Below are positions 47,728 to 58,400 of a DNA stretch of 64,000 nt, piece after piece. Source of the stretch: Marine group II euryarchaeote REDSEA-S42_B7 (GTDB lineage: Archaea > Thermoplasmatota > Poseidoniia > Poseidoniales > Thalassarchaeaceae); assembly GCA_001629255.1 (NCBI GenBank), contig LURZ01000009.1, positions 20,876 to 84,875 of the forward strand, given 5' to 3'. A program made the position numbers and the translations under genes. The notes under the pieces are model-generated. The model made no database searches. It was not told where the DNA came from and saw only the letters and a program-made list of their open reading frames with translations. Position 1 is the first letter of the stretch. Every line of letters begins with the position of its first letter.

Positions 47728-48942
47728 ATGAATGAAAAGGTTGTGCCCCTGTCAATGGCGCCCTACAGACTGGCACTTCTGCCCGGGGATGGGACTGGTC
47801 GAGAGGTTATGGAAGAGGTTAAGAGGTTGCTCTCAACCTTCAATGATTCAGGAGCAATTTCATTGGAAACCACCGAGATTCCCTGTGGCGGCCAGCACTA
47901 TCTGGATACTGGTGAGGAGTGGCCGACTGGCTCTTTCGAATACTGTAAAGATGAATCTGATGCCATTGTAGTCGGTGCAGTTGGCTGGCCTGGCGCCACT
48001 CTCCCAAATGGCGATATTGCCGGAGGGCAGGCGCTTCTGGGTCTGAGGTCAGCGTTAGATCTGTACGCTAACGTCAGACCGGTCAAACTCTACAAGGGCG
48101 TCAAGCACAAGGTGCATGGAACCTTCATCGATGTTTGGGACAACGAACTTGTAGATATCGTAATGGTCAGAGAAAATACCGAGGGCCTGTACCATGCCCT
48201 GTTAAGGAGATCTGGAATGGCAGCTAGAGGAGAGGAAAGGGACCAGCCGCTTGAAATCCACGAATTCCCGGGTCTGGAAGGAGAAGTAGGCTGGGACGTT
48301 AGGCCGATATCGCGCAAGGGTAGCGAGAGAGTTATCCGTTTCTCATTTGAACTAGCCAGGAGACGTGAATCCAGACTTGGGAGCGTTCAGAAGGTAACAT
48401 GCGTAGACAAGAGCAACGTCACTAGGGGATGCAGACTATTCAGGGACGTGTTCAGAGACGTCTCATCTGAATACCAGAGCATTGTAACCAACGAGGCGTT
48501 CATTGATGCATTCACTATGTGGCTAGTCAGGAGTCCAGAGGATCTTGATGTAGTAGTTCTTCCGAACATGTTTGGAGATATAGCCACAGATCTAGCCTCA
48601 GTACTGCAGGGTGGGATGGGTATGGCGGCCAGCGCCAACATAGGAGATGAACACATGTTATTCGAGCCAGTTCACGGGTCCAGTCCGAAATACGCAGGAC
48701 AGAACAAAGTGAATCCCATCGCAGCAATATCCTCTGTGCAATTGATGTTCGACTCTCTTGGTTTGAAGAATGACGATCAGGAAGCGATATTGTGCGCAGA
48801 AGTCATTGAGAGAGCGATCTCAGAACACATGTCTTCAGGAGGTCCCGTGACTTACGACTTGGGAGGCAAGGCCTCAACTACGGAGGTCGGCGAGGCCATA
48901 GCGTCCAGATGTGCGGCGATCCTCACTGACTTAGGTAGCTGA
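47728..48942 (+). CDS. isocitrate/3-isopropylmalate/tartrate dehydrogenase family enzyme
   Basis: The ATG is at 47728 (MNEKVV...). Motifs are LLPGDGTGREV, VRENTEGLY and NMFGDIATDLASVLQGGMGMAASANIG. The track ORF 47428.. extends antisense into the neighbouring gene. Confidence 0.85.
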   Translation: MNEKVVPLSMAPYRLALLPGDGTGREVMEEVKRLLSTFNDSGAISLETTEIPCGGQHYLDTGEEWPTGSFEYCKDESDAIVVGAVGWPGATLPNGDIAGGQALLGLRSALDLYANVRPVKLYKGVKHKVHGTFIDVWDNELVDIVMVRENTEGLYHALLRRSGMAARGEERDQPLEIHEFPGLEGEVGWDVRPISRKGSERVIRFSFELARRRESRLGSVQKVTCVDKSNVTRGCRLFRDVFRDVSSEYQSIVTNEAFIDAFTMWLVRSPEDLDVVVLPNMFGDIATDLASVLQGGMGMAASANIGDEHMLFEPVHGSSPKYAGQNKVNPIAAISSVQLMFDSLGLKNDDQEAILCAEVIERAISEHMSSGGPVTYDLGGKASTTEVGEAIASRCAAILTDLGS

Positions 48943-48958
48943 ACAAGACATGAGGGCC

Positions 48959-49747
48959 CTATTCTGAGAAATGTTCACCAATATCCCTTAGGGACGCTTT
49001 CAAAGATTTCTGATTATCCCATTCTGTCTGTCTGTAATCGGAGTCATTGAGTAGACAGGACAGAATACCCTCGAACGCTCTGGAAACCTCGTCTACTATC
49101 GTCACCGAAGCCATCCTAGCACTTCTTGAAAGAGGATTCAGATCGACCACCAGGACCTCCTTGTCAAGACTAATCAGCGCCTCGCACCTGTCTCCGTCCT
49201 CAAGAGGGACAAGGATAGTATCAGCTCCGCCTATTCCTTCAACAGTGCAGTTTGAACGCGGCCCCTCCAAGCCTTCTATCTTGAAATTAGGAAATTCCCC
49301 CAGGAGCGACACTCCCTCGACTGTTTCCTTCCAGTCTCCATAGAACCCGTCAGGTGCAGCCTCTTGAGACAGATTAAACTTCCATTCTTCCAACAGCGAG
49401 ATCAGCCCTTTGACCCTACTCGGGGTTCTGTAGTAGAGGTTTACCTCAATAGGACAACCAAGGACTGCAGCCAACCTAATCGCTCCGTCGCCTGCTAAGA
49501 CTGTCGTGTTTCCGTTAACTGAGATGACCGGTCTTCTGGCATTCCTGAGGCGAGCCGCACTCTCACGAATGGCCTCTCTGGCTGACTCCGTGGTCCTTTC
49601 TCCGAGCAGATAGTCGAAAGCCTCTCCTCTGCCATGAGCAATCATTGCCGAGTCCGCAAGCAGACCCATGGAGTTGCCATCCACTATCTTCTGCCTTGAC
49701 TCCAGGGACTTCTTCCTAGGGTGGCTATCGGGAATCCTAGCCATCAA
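48959..49747 (-). CDS. archaeal 4-phosphopantoate--beta-alanine ligase (phosphopantothenate synthetase, COG1701)
   Basis: It has the N-terminal signature IPDSHPRKKSL..R......G......AMIAHGRGEAFDYLLGE. It is about 260 aa. Confidence 0.75.
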   Translation of the reverse strand: MMARIPDSHPRKKSLESRQKIVDGNSMGLLADSAMIAHGRGEAFDYLLGERTTESAREAIRESAARLRNARRPVISVNGNTTVLAGDGAIRLAAVLGCPIEVNLYYRTPSRVKGLISLLEEWKFNLSQEAAPDGFYGDWKETVEGVSLLGEFPNFKIEGLEGPRSNCTVEGIGGADTILVPLEDGDRCEALISLDKEVLVVDLNPLSRSARMASVTIVDEVSRAFEGILSCLLNDSDYRQTEWDNQKSLKASLRDIGEHFSE

Positions 49748-50685
49748 CTCCCTCCAATTAGCATTGATAGATCCAGTGAAGGGACTCCCATGTTTACCGA
49801 GCTCGAAGATATCACATCTACCATGGAACTCTCAATCCAGGTATGCAAACCATCCAAAGTTACCCCCCCTGATCCCTCGAGAATGCACCAATCCCTTAAC
49901 CCAGACTCTCTCAGGAGAAGTTCTGCAGACCTGCACTCATCTGGTCCCATATTGTCTAGCAGTATCACTATTCTTTCCTCCCTTCCTCTAATTTTCTGAT
50001 TTTCCGACCAGGACTCTGCTGCTGAAATCGCCTGAGCAGAATCCTGAACCTCGATTACGACAAATCCGGCACTTTTCTCAAAATCAATGGAGGAGATTGC
50101 GGATGAAATTGCAGATTCAATGCCATCTCTAGAGCCGATTACGCTCAAATCATTTTCCTTAATCATCAATGCATCTGTTCTACTGAGCCGATGGGTTAGC
50201 CCCCCTCCTACATGTACGGCGTATTTGTCCATTAGCCCCCACGCAGTTTTTCTAGTGCATGCTATAGAAACATCTCCTAACTCGCTTACCCATTCGGCGG
50301 TCCTCGTACTAATGCCTGATAGCCGACCAAGAATGTTCAAAACAACCCTCTCGCAACTCAAGACACTATCCGACGGCCCAGAGATAGAGAGAATCTGACT
50401 ACCTACTGTGAGCTCCCCTCCTTCTTCGAAATTCCAAGACAAATCACAGGAGGGAAACCACTCAGCGAAAAGCAAGTCCACTGGAATTCTGCCACAGAAC
50501 ACTCCTGCACTTTTCGATACCACCACTGCCTGAACGATACTCCCCGTGTTTCCATCCGTTGCAGAGTCATCTGACAAGTGAGCAGTCAACCATCTCCTTA
50601 TCGAATCCTCAAACAATTTTGTCGGATGAGGAACTTCCTTTGCATTGTATAGCAAGTGGGATCGGTCATGCGGTAGTCCTTCCAC
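49744..50685 (-). CDS. nadC: nicotinate-nucleotide pyrophosphorylase (quinolinate phosphoribosyltransferase)-like
   Basis: Motifs are GGGLTHRLSRTDALMIKENDL and TRKTAWG. A 4-nt overlap with the downstream gene suggests an operon. Confidence 0.7.
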   Translation of the reverse strand: MEGLPHDRSHLLYNAKEVPHPTKLFEDSIRRWLTAHLSDDSATDGNTGSIVQAVVVSKSAGVFCGRIPVDLLFAEWFPSCDLSWNFEEGGELTVGSQILSISGPSDSVLSCERVVLNILGRLSGISTRTAEWVSELGDVSIACTRKTAWGLMDKYAVHVGGGLTHRLSRTDALMIKENDLSVIGSRDGIESAISSAISSIDFEKSAGFVVIEVQDSAQAISAAESWSENQKIRGREERIVILLDNMGPDECRSAELLLRESGLRDWCILEGSGGVTLDGLHTWIESSMVDVISSSSVNMGVPSLDLSMLIGGS

Positions 50686-50735
50686 GCATCATGCACTACA
50701 AGCCCACCCTTGAATAGTACTAGTACTCGATAGGG

Positions 50736-50978
50736 TCAATCTAGAGAGTCAAGCCCGGACTCAGCTGCTGACAAGCAGGCAAGAATGTCATCTACCGATG
50801 ATCTCGATTGACCTAGCCCGTCCGCGGTAACTCCTATCCTCAACTCTACATGGTCATTGAAATCCAACAACTCAGCCGTGAAATCATCTGGATCGTCGGG
50901 GCTTATCGCTGCCAGTAGCGCCTCCCCTCTTTCCTTCGAACCAGTCCATAGTATGGATGCAATTACTTTTCCCATCAT
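50736..50978 (-). CDS. KEOPS subunit Pcc1-like small protein
   Basis: It is 80 aa. The pattern A..LLAAISPD........VELRIGVTADGLGQSRSSVDDILACLSAAE resembles Pcc1. The call is tentative. Confidence 0.45.
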   Translation of the reverse strand: MMGKVIASILWTGSKERGEALLAAISPDDPDDFTAELLDFNDHVELRIGVTADGLGQSRSSVDDILACLSAAESGLDSLD

Positions 50979-52102
50979 ACCCCCCAGAAACGACTTCCTT
51001 GGACTAAGTCATCGTCCTCGGAGAATGATTGAACTATGGTTCTCAGGAGGTAGTACATTACCATGGACATGATTGGTAGCCCCCAATCGTCCCCTAGTTG
51101 ATTGAATGTGGGACTATATTCCTGCCCTGATGAAATCACGAGTGCCACGTCGATTGTTGCCGCAACGAAGGTGTAGAATACAACCCCAAGACCGATTAGT
51201 AAAACGCTCCTTCCTGTGAAGGAACCCTCCTTCCACCTCAGAACTCCCAGAGCAAGTAAGAACGAGAATACGGAACCCACAATCCATTGCAGAACCTCAT
51301 CAACAAGCCCTAGTAAGTGCTCGAATTGAGAATTCCCATCTGGCACAGGATCGTCCCATCCCGCCCAAACAGTAGCAACTGCTAGAAATAAGCTCACAAT
51401 TGACATCCCCCAAAGTAACGACGAGAAAAGTCCACCAGTAGCGCTGTCTCTCATCTCCATGGCTACCCTCTCCATTTGCGCCTCAAGACCCAGCCCCTTG
51501 CCCAAGACCCACAATCCAATCAAGAGTGGTAGAGAGCCGATGAGAGCTATTCCGTTTGGTAGGATTAGGCCTAGACCAATTATGATTAGGAAAACTGCGA
51601 GTGGAACCAGAAGTCTAGACCTGAATCTGGGGTCCTCTATGGCCTTCACGATGTAGTAGTAGGTACCCTCAATTCCTTTTGACTGCCTGACTATTACCTT
51701 CTCCACAGTGTCCACTCTCACCCTCGAGGTAACTATGGGCAAAGAAGCCTCGTCATCTGCGCCATCCGTAACAAGGAGTGCCGCATCTGGTTGGAAATCC
51801 TGAATCACCTCGTCTAACTGGCTAGCAATCGACCTATCGCTTCTAGGTCCTACCCTCACGTCACCTGTTAGAATAGCGATCTGAACCTCATCGCTTGCAG
51901 CAGCTCCTTCTGCCAGCCTATCATGGTGGTGCAGCGCACCAAGAATCGCGTTTGTATCGGACTCCTCAGGGTCCGCGATACCCAATCTGAGTGCTGCCGT
52001 CAAGCAGGATTTCCTACCAACAACCGGCCCTCTTATGCCCGATTTCACTCCCAAATCATTGTCTCTGTCAATTGTGAGAACCAGTGTTCGTACTATGCTC
52101 AC
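50975..52102 (-). CDS. DUF373-family archaeal membrane protein
   Basis: The N-terminus LVLTIDRDNDLGVKSGIRGPVVGR.....AALRLGIADPEESDTNAILGAL matches the DUF373 pattern. The C-terminal half has about 6 TM helices. Confidence 0.7.
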   Translation of the reverse strand: MSIVRTLVLTIDRDNDLGVKSGIRGPVVGRKSCLTAALRLGIADPEESDTNAILGALHHHDRLAEGAAASDEVQIAILTGDVRVGPRSDRSIASQLDEVIQDFQPDAALLVTDGADDEASLPIVTSRVRVDTVEKVIVRQSKGIEGTYYYIVKAIEDPRFRSRLLVPLAVFLIIIGLGLILPNGIALIGSLPLLIGLWVLGKGLGLEAQMERVAMEMRDSATGGLFSSLLWGMSIVSLFLAVATVWAGWDDPVPDGNSQFEHLLGLVDEVLQWIVGSVFSFLLALGVLRWKEGSFTGRSVLLIGLGVVFYTFVAATIDVALVISSGQEYSPTFNQLGDDWGLPIMSMVMYYLLRTIVQSFSEDDDLVQGSRFWGV

Positions 52103-52134
52103 GCCCCCCTTGTCAAGAGTTGGTAAGCACCTAC

Positions 52135-53334
52135 TTATGAGGAATTGGCAGAATCGCTATTTGAGTCATCGGCATCTCTGTCAGATTCGGCATTGCTGGA
52201 GCCGTACCTCCTCCTCTGCTTTGCTCTGATATATTTCAGAGGATGAGTCAACCATTCTTGGTCACAGAGGGGGTCCTCTCCTATTTGCACGGGGCATCTG
52301 GCGTTGGTTTTGAGAGAAGAACATCCATGAGGGGTATACTCTCTTTCGTAAATCTGACCGACTTGGTATGATGTAGTGTCAGCGTCATAGTCCGGGGCAT
52401 TGGAAAAGAAGTTGCAAGCCTGTTCCTGCTGAAGCCCTATCGATCTTGAGAAAGCGGCAAGGAAGACCCTTCCAACATGATTTACATTCACCCCCTGGTT
52501 CAACTCAGAAACGGCCGATTCAAAGCACGGAGGCCAGTCATCCCTGATTGCTGCCGTCATCGGCATCTCCTCCTTGACTCTCTCAGAAAGTAGTCCAGTA
52601 ATCCTCTCTACCGGGTCTGCGAACTTAGCTGCAAACTCATCGTCCATCCTGGAAATTCTATCTTCACAACTAATCCTCAAACTCTCTCTTACTCTCTCCT
52701 TTATCAATCGAGAAGCCCTCTCTCTTCCTGTCTCTCCAGCTCCAGAATCCAGACAAACCCAACCGTCTCTCAAAGGCCTATTTACCAATCTCCAGTAATT
52801 GCCAGAAATTTTTGGGCTAAGCTCGATGAAGTCTACCATTGGAATCCAGTATATCTCAGACCCCTCACTATTAGTTTCCACTACAATATCGGAAAGAAAA
52901 GAAGAGGAAAGCAAACTGAAGTTCTTAGAGTCCATACCCAGTAATTTATCCGCTCTGCTTGACTCGCCCTCGATCCATCTGGAAAGCAACCTCTCATCGA
53001 ATGATGCACAGACTACCAGCATAGCATGAAGGAAGGACAGTGTCTCAGTCATTCTCCCAACGTCTGTTGAAAGGTCAATTGTGGAAGAGGATGCTGCATC
53101 CTCCTGTTGTAGTACCGAATCCACCAGCCTCAACCTGCCCCTAACTCTCACATCCTCCAACCAAGGGGCTTCAATTAGATCCTCTACACTTATTCCGTTC
53201 TCTTCCAACATCTCACGAATGAATGACCTTCCCTGTGGCAGAAAGGGATACCGAGCAAGCAAACCCTCATCATCGATTTCAGGAACTCTTATTGGCATCG
53301 GCACGGATGCAAGAGTTCCGCGAGGGTTCTTCAA
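52135..53334 (-). CDS. priL: DNA primase large subunit PriL
   Basis: It has DWPPCFESAVSELNQGVNVNHVGRVFLAAFSRSIGL (the PriL signature) and C-terminal Fe-S cysteines (HGCSSLKTNARCPVQIGEDPLCD). An alternative ATG lies at 53298. Confidence 0.85.
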   Translation of the reverse strand: MKNPRGTLASVPMPIRVPEIDDEGLLARYPFLPQGRSFIREMLEENGISVEDLIEAPWLEDVRVRGRLRLVDSVLQQEDAASSSTIDLSTDVGRMTETLSFLHAMLVVCASFDERLLSRWIEGESSRADKLLGMDSKNFSLLSSSFLSDIVVETNSEGSEIYWIPMVDFIELSPKISGNYWRLVNRPLRDGWVCLDSGAGETGRERASRLIKERVRESLRISCEDRISRMDDEFAAKFADPVERITGLLSERVKEEMPMTAAIRDDWPPCFESAVSELNQGVNVNHVGRVFLAAFSRSIGLQQEQACNFFSNAPDYDADTTSYQVGQIYEREYTPHGCSSLKTNARCPVQIGEDPLCDQEWLTHPLKYIRAKQRRRYGSSNAESDRDADDSNSDSANSS

Positions 53335-53362
53335 TACTTACCGAGCCCTTCCAGTGGAAAGT

Positions 53363-54130
53363 ATGACGAAACAAGCAACTCCCTCTGACTTGATGCCTTC
53401 TTCTCCAACGCTGGTTGGTATTCAGGATGAGGTCAGAGAATACTTCGGTTGGAACGAGGAGGACGACAAAAATAGCGCAGTTTCGATGCTTCGAAGGGTC
53501 GAAGACTCAACGGTGGCAATCTGGGCCAGACATAATAGAGCTGCAACTTTATCGAAGATTTTCCGGAGAATCGTGATCAGGGAAGCGCGGGTAGCAATCC
53601 TCGGAGCAGCAGTGGAACCAGATGAGATAGCATCTATTCTGGACGGTCCAACGCTCATTGTAGCTGCAGATGGTGCGGTTGGAGCGATTTCTGAGATGCC
53701 CGCCTCACTTTCTGAGAAGGCATGGTCCCGCGTGGTGTGCATGGTTAGCGATGCCGATGGTGGAGAAGGGACCTATCAAGCGGTTAGAAGATCGATACCG
53801 TTCGTATTACATGCCCATGGGGACAATAGAGAGGACTGGGACGGCCTACTAGGACTGGCGGAGGAACAGACAAGCCCCCCCGAGCTTTTACTGACTCACC
53901 AAACGCAAAATCCAATCGATGGAATGTACAACCCTGGTGGCTTTACGGATGGGGACCGCGCAGCATGCTTCTTGACGGCACTAGGGGTTCATAGAGAAAA
54001 CATCAACCTCCTAGGGACCAGATCTGATATTGTTGGACGATGGTCAGGAGATACTGAGGAGTCCTCCAAGCTCCAGAAACTGCAATGGATGAAATCGATT
54101 CTGCAGATCCAAGGGCTTTGGGACGGCTAG
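53363..54130 (+). CDS. MptE-like (DUF115) 6-hydroxymethylpterin diphosphokinase family protein
   Basis: The ATG at 53363 lies within track ORF 53081..54130. Motifs are [17 protein letters not shown] and LHAHGDN. Confidence 0.65.
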   Translation: MTKQATPSDLMPSSPTLVGIQDEVREYFGWNEEDDKNSAVSMLRRVEDSTVAIWARHNRAATLSKIFRRIVIREARVAILGAAVEPDEIASILDGPTLIVAADGAVGAISEMPASLSEKAWSRVVCMVSDADGGEGTYQAVRRSIPFVLHAHGDNREDWDGLLGLAEEQTSPPELLLTHQTQNPIDGMYNPGGFTDGDRAACFLTALGVHRENINLLGTRSDIVGRWSGDTEESSKLQKLQWMKSILQIQGLWDG

Positions 54131-55365
54131 ATTTCGAAACTTCCGACCTCTACAGACGAGCCATCTGATTGGATAGTTCCAGAGAATTGCTGCCTATCCC
54201 CGCCGTTGTTCACATTAACCTCGAACTGAACCTCTCCTTCTTCACCTTCTGCCTCGAAGTGCCTCACAACCACCGAGTAAGACCCAGATGGGGGGGAGGA
54301 ACCCCATCTTATCTCTCTGGAGCCGGACTCAGGGTCGTAACCGTCCATGTCGAATTTTCCTCCTCCCAAGCCCTCCGGATTGAAGAAAGACAACTCCTCG
54401 CCATTAGAATCAATTATTGAGAGCCCCAAGTCAGAACTACCTTCCCAGTTGAGACTCACCGATGCACCGTCTTGAACCGTCCCCACCCTTCTCCTAAGCT
54501 CATCCACATCTCTAGCCTCAGTGAAATCCTCCCTCACTTCCTCAGTCAATTCCTCATCACTCACCGTAGGCCGAGGAACTTCTCCATCTGGACCAGCTAT
54601 GGCGAACTTAGCGACGAATTGAAGGTCATTACTCTTGACTAGAGCCCCCTCATAGAACCGTTTGCTCTCACCAATTGTTAGGCTGACCGTGAAATCTGTC
54701 TCGTTCTTATTGTGTATTCTCCTTAGGAGAGGCACCCATGAGAACAATCCCTTTGTATGGATTTTATAGTGCCTGACTCCGACTCTGTAGACTCCTGGAG
54801 GAGGGGTTTTTGTCCAGACAATATTCTCAACTGGGGATTTCGAGGTAGGCTTGAAGTTCATGTCTACATCTAGCTCGCCACCGCAATTTGATGTCCTGTT
54901 ATCGTGATAGATGTGCTCCCCAGATGGCGTGATTACATGTAGGTCGAGATCATTCCAATTATCCCACATCAGACTGATCTGGACAGAACCCCTCTTTGCT
55001 CCTTCCCTCTCGAGCCTCTTCTCCAGTGCAGAAGCGCCCTTTTCTGATATCTCTGCTTCCTGCACTCCGGCACCAATTGCCTCCGAGCCCTCACCTAGTG
55101 AACCGGATACGGTTGGAGTTCCAGAACGATCCCTCCCCCTCCCCCTTCTCCTTCTAGATGTAGATCCTGCGAGAACCTCCTCTGGGACGTTCCTCCTTGT
55201 AGAAGGAAGTATTGTCCTCCTATTTTGCGAACGCAAAATTCGAAACAAGCCATTGAAGGTCGCCATCAGAATAAGACCGATGACAACGAGGGATACAGCG
55301 TCCGCCACGTGACCGAACCTGAGCAGTGACTTTTCATAACATCGGTTGCAACCCAGACCAACCAA
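54127..55365 (-). CDS. membrane-anchored protein with two YfaP/DUF2135-like domains
   Basis: It has an N-terminal TM helix ([18 protein letters not shown]), then an Arg-rich linker ([10 protein letters not shown]). Two domains share one pattern. They are [23 protein letters not shown]...GGELDVDMN...[12 protein letters not shown] and [23 protein letters not shown]...GGKFDMDG...[12 protein letters not shown]. The start is uncertain: TTG at 55365 or GTG at 55308. Confidence 0.65.
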   Translation of the reverse strand: MVGLGCNRCYEKSLLRFGHVADAVSLVVIGLILMATFNGLFRILRSQNRRTILPSTRRNVPEEVLAGSTSRRRRGRGRDRSGTPTVSGSLGEGSEAIGAGVQEAEISEKGASALEKRLEREGAKRGSVQISLMWDNWNDLDLHVITPSGEHIYHDNRTSNCGGELDVDMNFKPTSKSPVENIVWTKTPPPGVYRVGVRHYKIHTKGLFSWVPLLRRIHNKNETDFTVSLTIGESKRFYEGALVKSNDLQFVAKFAIAGPDGEVPRPTVSDEELTEEVREDFTEARDVDELRRRVGTVQDGASVSLNWEGSSDLGLSIIDSNGEELSFFNPEGLGGGKFDMDGYDPESGSREIRWGSSPPSGSYSVVVRHFEAEGEEGEVQFEVNVNNGGDRQQFSGTIQSDGSSVEVGSFEI

Positions 55366-55437
55366 GAAGTGCGATTATTTCCTCCGGTTGTTTCATAATG
55401 AGGGTTAGTCTCCTCTACGAGGAGGGGAGCGGAAGCG

Positions 55438-58400
55438 ATGGCGAAACATTCCAGTCAAGAATCCTCAAGAAACCTACATAGGACAACTAAAACGGCTAGC
55501 AAGGCCACGGTTCTAGTCGCTCTACTTTTCCTCTCCCCCCTGCTCGCTGGTATTCCCGTTGCCACAGACGAAGAGAACCCAATGCAAAGCTCAACTCGTC
55601 AAATGGGCCCAGATGTGGTAGTAACCGATCTAGACGTTACCACTCCCTCCGCTATTGTTGGAGGAACCCCTACACTGGCTCCTGTTGATCACACGATTGT
55701 AGTCGGGACCACCAATCAGGGCGGGTCTACTGCCGAAGGTAATGTCACCCTCAAGGTTGACGGGGTCCTCGTTGACATCAGGTACGCCACCATCACTCCT
55801 GGAGGACAGGTAAACAGCCTGATGTACTGGGACGCCACTTCACTTTCCGGAACAGGATACGAGATAACTGCGGAATGGGCCCCGTCATCATCCTCTTCCG
55901 ACTCCGACTCGAGCAATAACCAGATGTCTCTATCAGGCGTAAGCATCGCGGAGGTGGAGTCTGCCTCAGACATCGCAGACTCCCTACCATCCGATGGATC
56001 TTCACTAGCGAGAGCACTCTGGGAAGGAGCAATTACCGTGGTCAATACGGGCAATCAACCAGTCGACGTCACAGCCCAGTTAACACTAACTCCGTCGCTG
56101 GGCGGTTCGAGCGTTTCCCTCTCCTCGAGTACAGAGGAATTGCTTCCCGGAAGCCTTGCAAATCCTCCAACCCCTGCTAACATCACGATATCTTTCGATG
56201 GCTCCGGCCTGGAAGGGGATTACACCCTGAGTGGTAGCATACTTGTGTCGGGCTCTACTCAGGGCTCGGTCACAATCGACTCCAGAATAGTGAGCTTCGT
56301 AGCCCTGAGGGCATCTCTAATACCAGCCAACAACCGGAACGTCGACCCCGGCTCGCAGACCACTCTGAATTTCATATTGCAGAACTCTGGAACCGTTGAA
56401 GACAACTTCACCGTGACACAGAGCAACAACTCCGACCCCGCTAACTACTGGGTGAATATCACGGACCAGATACATGACTCCACCAACCTTCTGAATGTAG
56501 GCGCCCAACAAACCCATGCAATTCAGATCCCTGTCGAAGTTCCCGCAGATGCCGCCAATGGAGACGCCGTGATTGTGACCTTGACAATTCAGAGCGACAC
56601 TGCGGGTTACGTCCTCTCAGCCAGCACAATGGTCATGGCAGGAGGTACATTCAGCGCGGAGATTTTCCAAAACCACAGCCATTCGATGGGAGAGAATTTC
56701 GCGAACATCACCCCCGGTTCCCCCAGAACCCTGCAATACACCCTGATGAACACCGGTACCGCGCCAGCCCAGTATCAGATAGATGTCGGAGCGACGGAAT
56801 CGGTGCCGTACTGGATCATAGACTCACCTGTCACAATCACCGACGTGATGCTGCCAAACGAGACCAGGACACTTCCCGTAACAATCACCACCCCGGAGCT
56901 AGAGATGCCACTGAACCCCTCCTGGAAGGTCTCTTCCATAGAGCGAGTGGACCTGATGGTCCAAGCAATCCCACTGCAGGGAGGAGTCCCAGCGGTCAAC
57001 CAGACGACGCTATTGATAGACAGCATTGTTGAGTTGGACATCTCCGTGACCAGTGAAATCGACGATATCACAGTGAATGACATCATCGGGGGTAATACAG
57101 ACAGGTTCGTCGGCTTCGAAGTGACGATAGTTCACAATCTCGGCTCAAGCAACACCCTGGCCCAAGTATCCCTCAGTGCCATGCCTTGTACCTCCCTTGC
57201 GCCTACCACTGCTGCATCTGGCAGCCCTTGGAAACAATCCACATGCAGCAATGGGAAGGTCTTCCTTCAGAACACCCCAGCTGGCTCCAGTCTCATTGAA
57301 AATTCGCGTTGGACGGCTACGGTCCAGACCTCGTCCTCTTCCTCCGCCTCGACCTTGGAACTTCTGCCAGGAGAGACCGGATACGGCATGGTAGGACTGA
57401 GCTTCGGCCCCACTCCAGATTTCCAATACCCATCGGCGGGTCACCTCAACTTCTCGTTCATGGCGACATCATCTTGGGCTGCTTTCTCCGGGGCAATTTC
57501 CCGTAATGCCACAGCCACGGTTTCCATGTCAATAGCTGAACTCTGGTCAGCAGAGCTGACTTCCTCAGGGGCAGCCAATGGGGACCCTGGAACCGCCATA
57601 TCCTCTGAGGTGGTTTTGGAAAACACGGGAAACGACCCAGCAAACTTCACCATCGGGTACGTCCCTAAGCCTGGATGGACCATCACCCTGGGGTCCACCG
57701 CGGCGAACCTCGTACCTTCCATGACGAATCTGTACAACGATGGCTCATCAACCCAGAACCAGCGGACAATAACGGTCACAGCCACTCCTCCGGCCTCTGC
57801 AAGGGCGGATGAGACGCATCAGGTCTGGGTCTACGCCAACTCCACGGAAACTGGAGAACTGCTCGCATATGCCCCAGCCCTCTTCACCCTCACCGAAGTC
57901 ATCTCGGCGGAACTCTACCCCCCTTCTTCCACCGCAGTAATCACCCCTTCCCCCTCACTCGACAGCAGAGTCGGTCAGAAAACCCTGATTGCCCTGCTCA
58001 ATAACACCGGAAACAAGAACATAACCTACAACTTATCCTTGGACAATCTCGATGCAGACAAGATCAGGGTCTGCTTCTCTGAGGAAATGCAGCCCTGTGT
58101 GACCGAATCCACACTGTTGGTACCAGCAGGCTCGCAGGGAATTGTCAGGATTTACTCCACTGCAGGAGAGGACTCGAGAGCCGATGAAGACCAGAGATTC
58201 TTCCTGAATGCGTCCTACGATGGCGATTTGATGTCTTCAAGCGAATGGAAGGTGCAAGTTGCCCCTGATCATGCAATACTATTCATATCTACCACCGATG
58301 TGAGTGCAGCTCCGGGGAACACCGTCGACCTAGAGGTAGTTTTACGGAACGACGGCAACCTCATGGAGACACTGAACCTGACGGTGACCTTCCCAGAGGG

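Noticed and set aside
53081-53362. A 94-codon N-terminal extension of the MptE-like ORF. Analogous extensions occur at 47428..47727 (dehydrogenase) and 43474..43563 (RNase HI).
   Set aside because: The extensions overlap the 5' parts of neighbouring motif-supported genes (priL, the wHTH-like gene and gcvH). Each is replaced by an in-frame ATG that gives a typical N-terminus.
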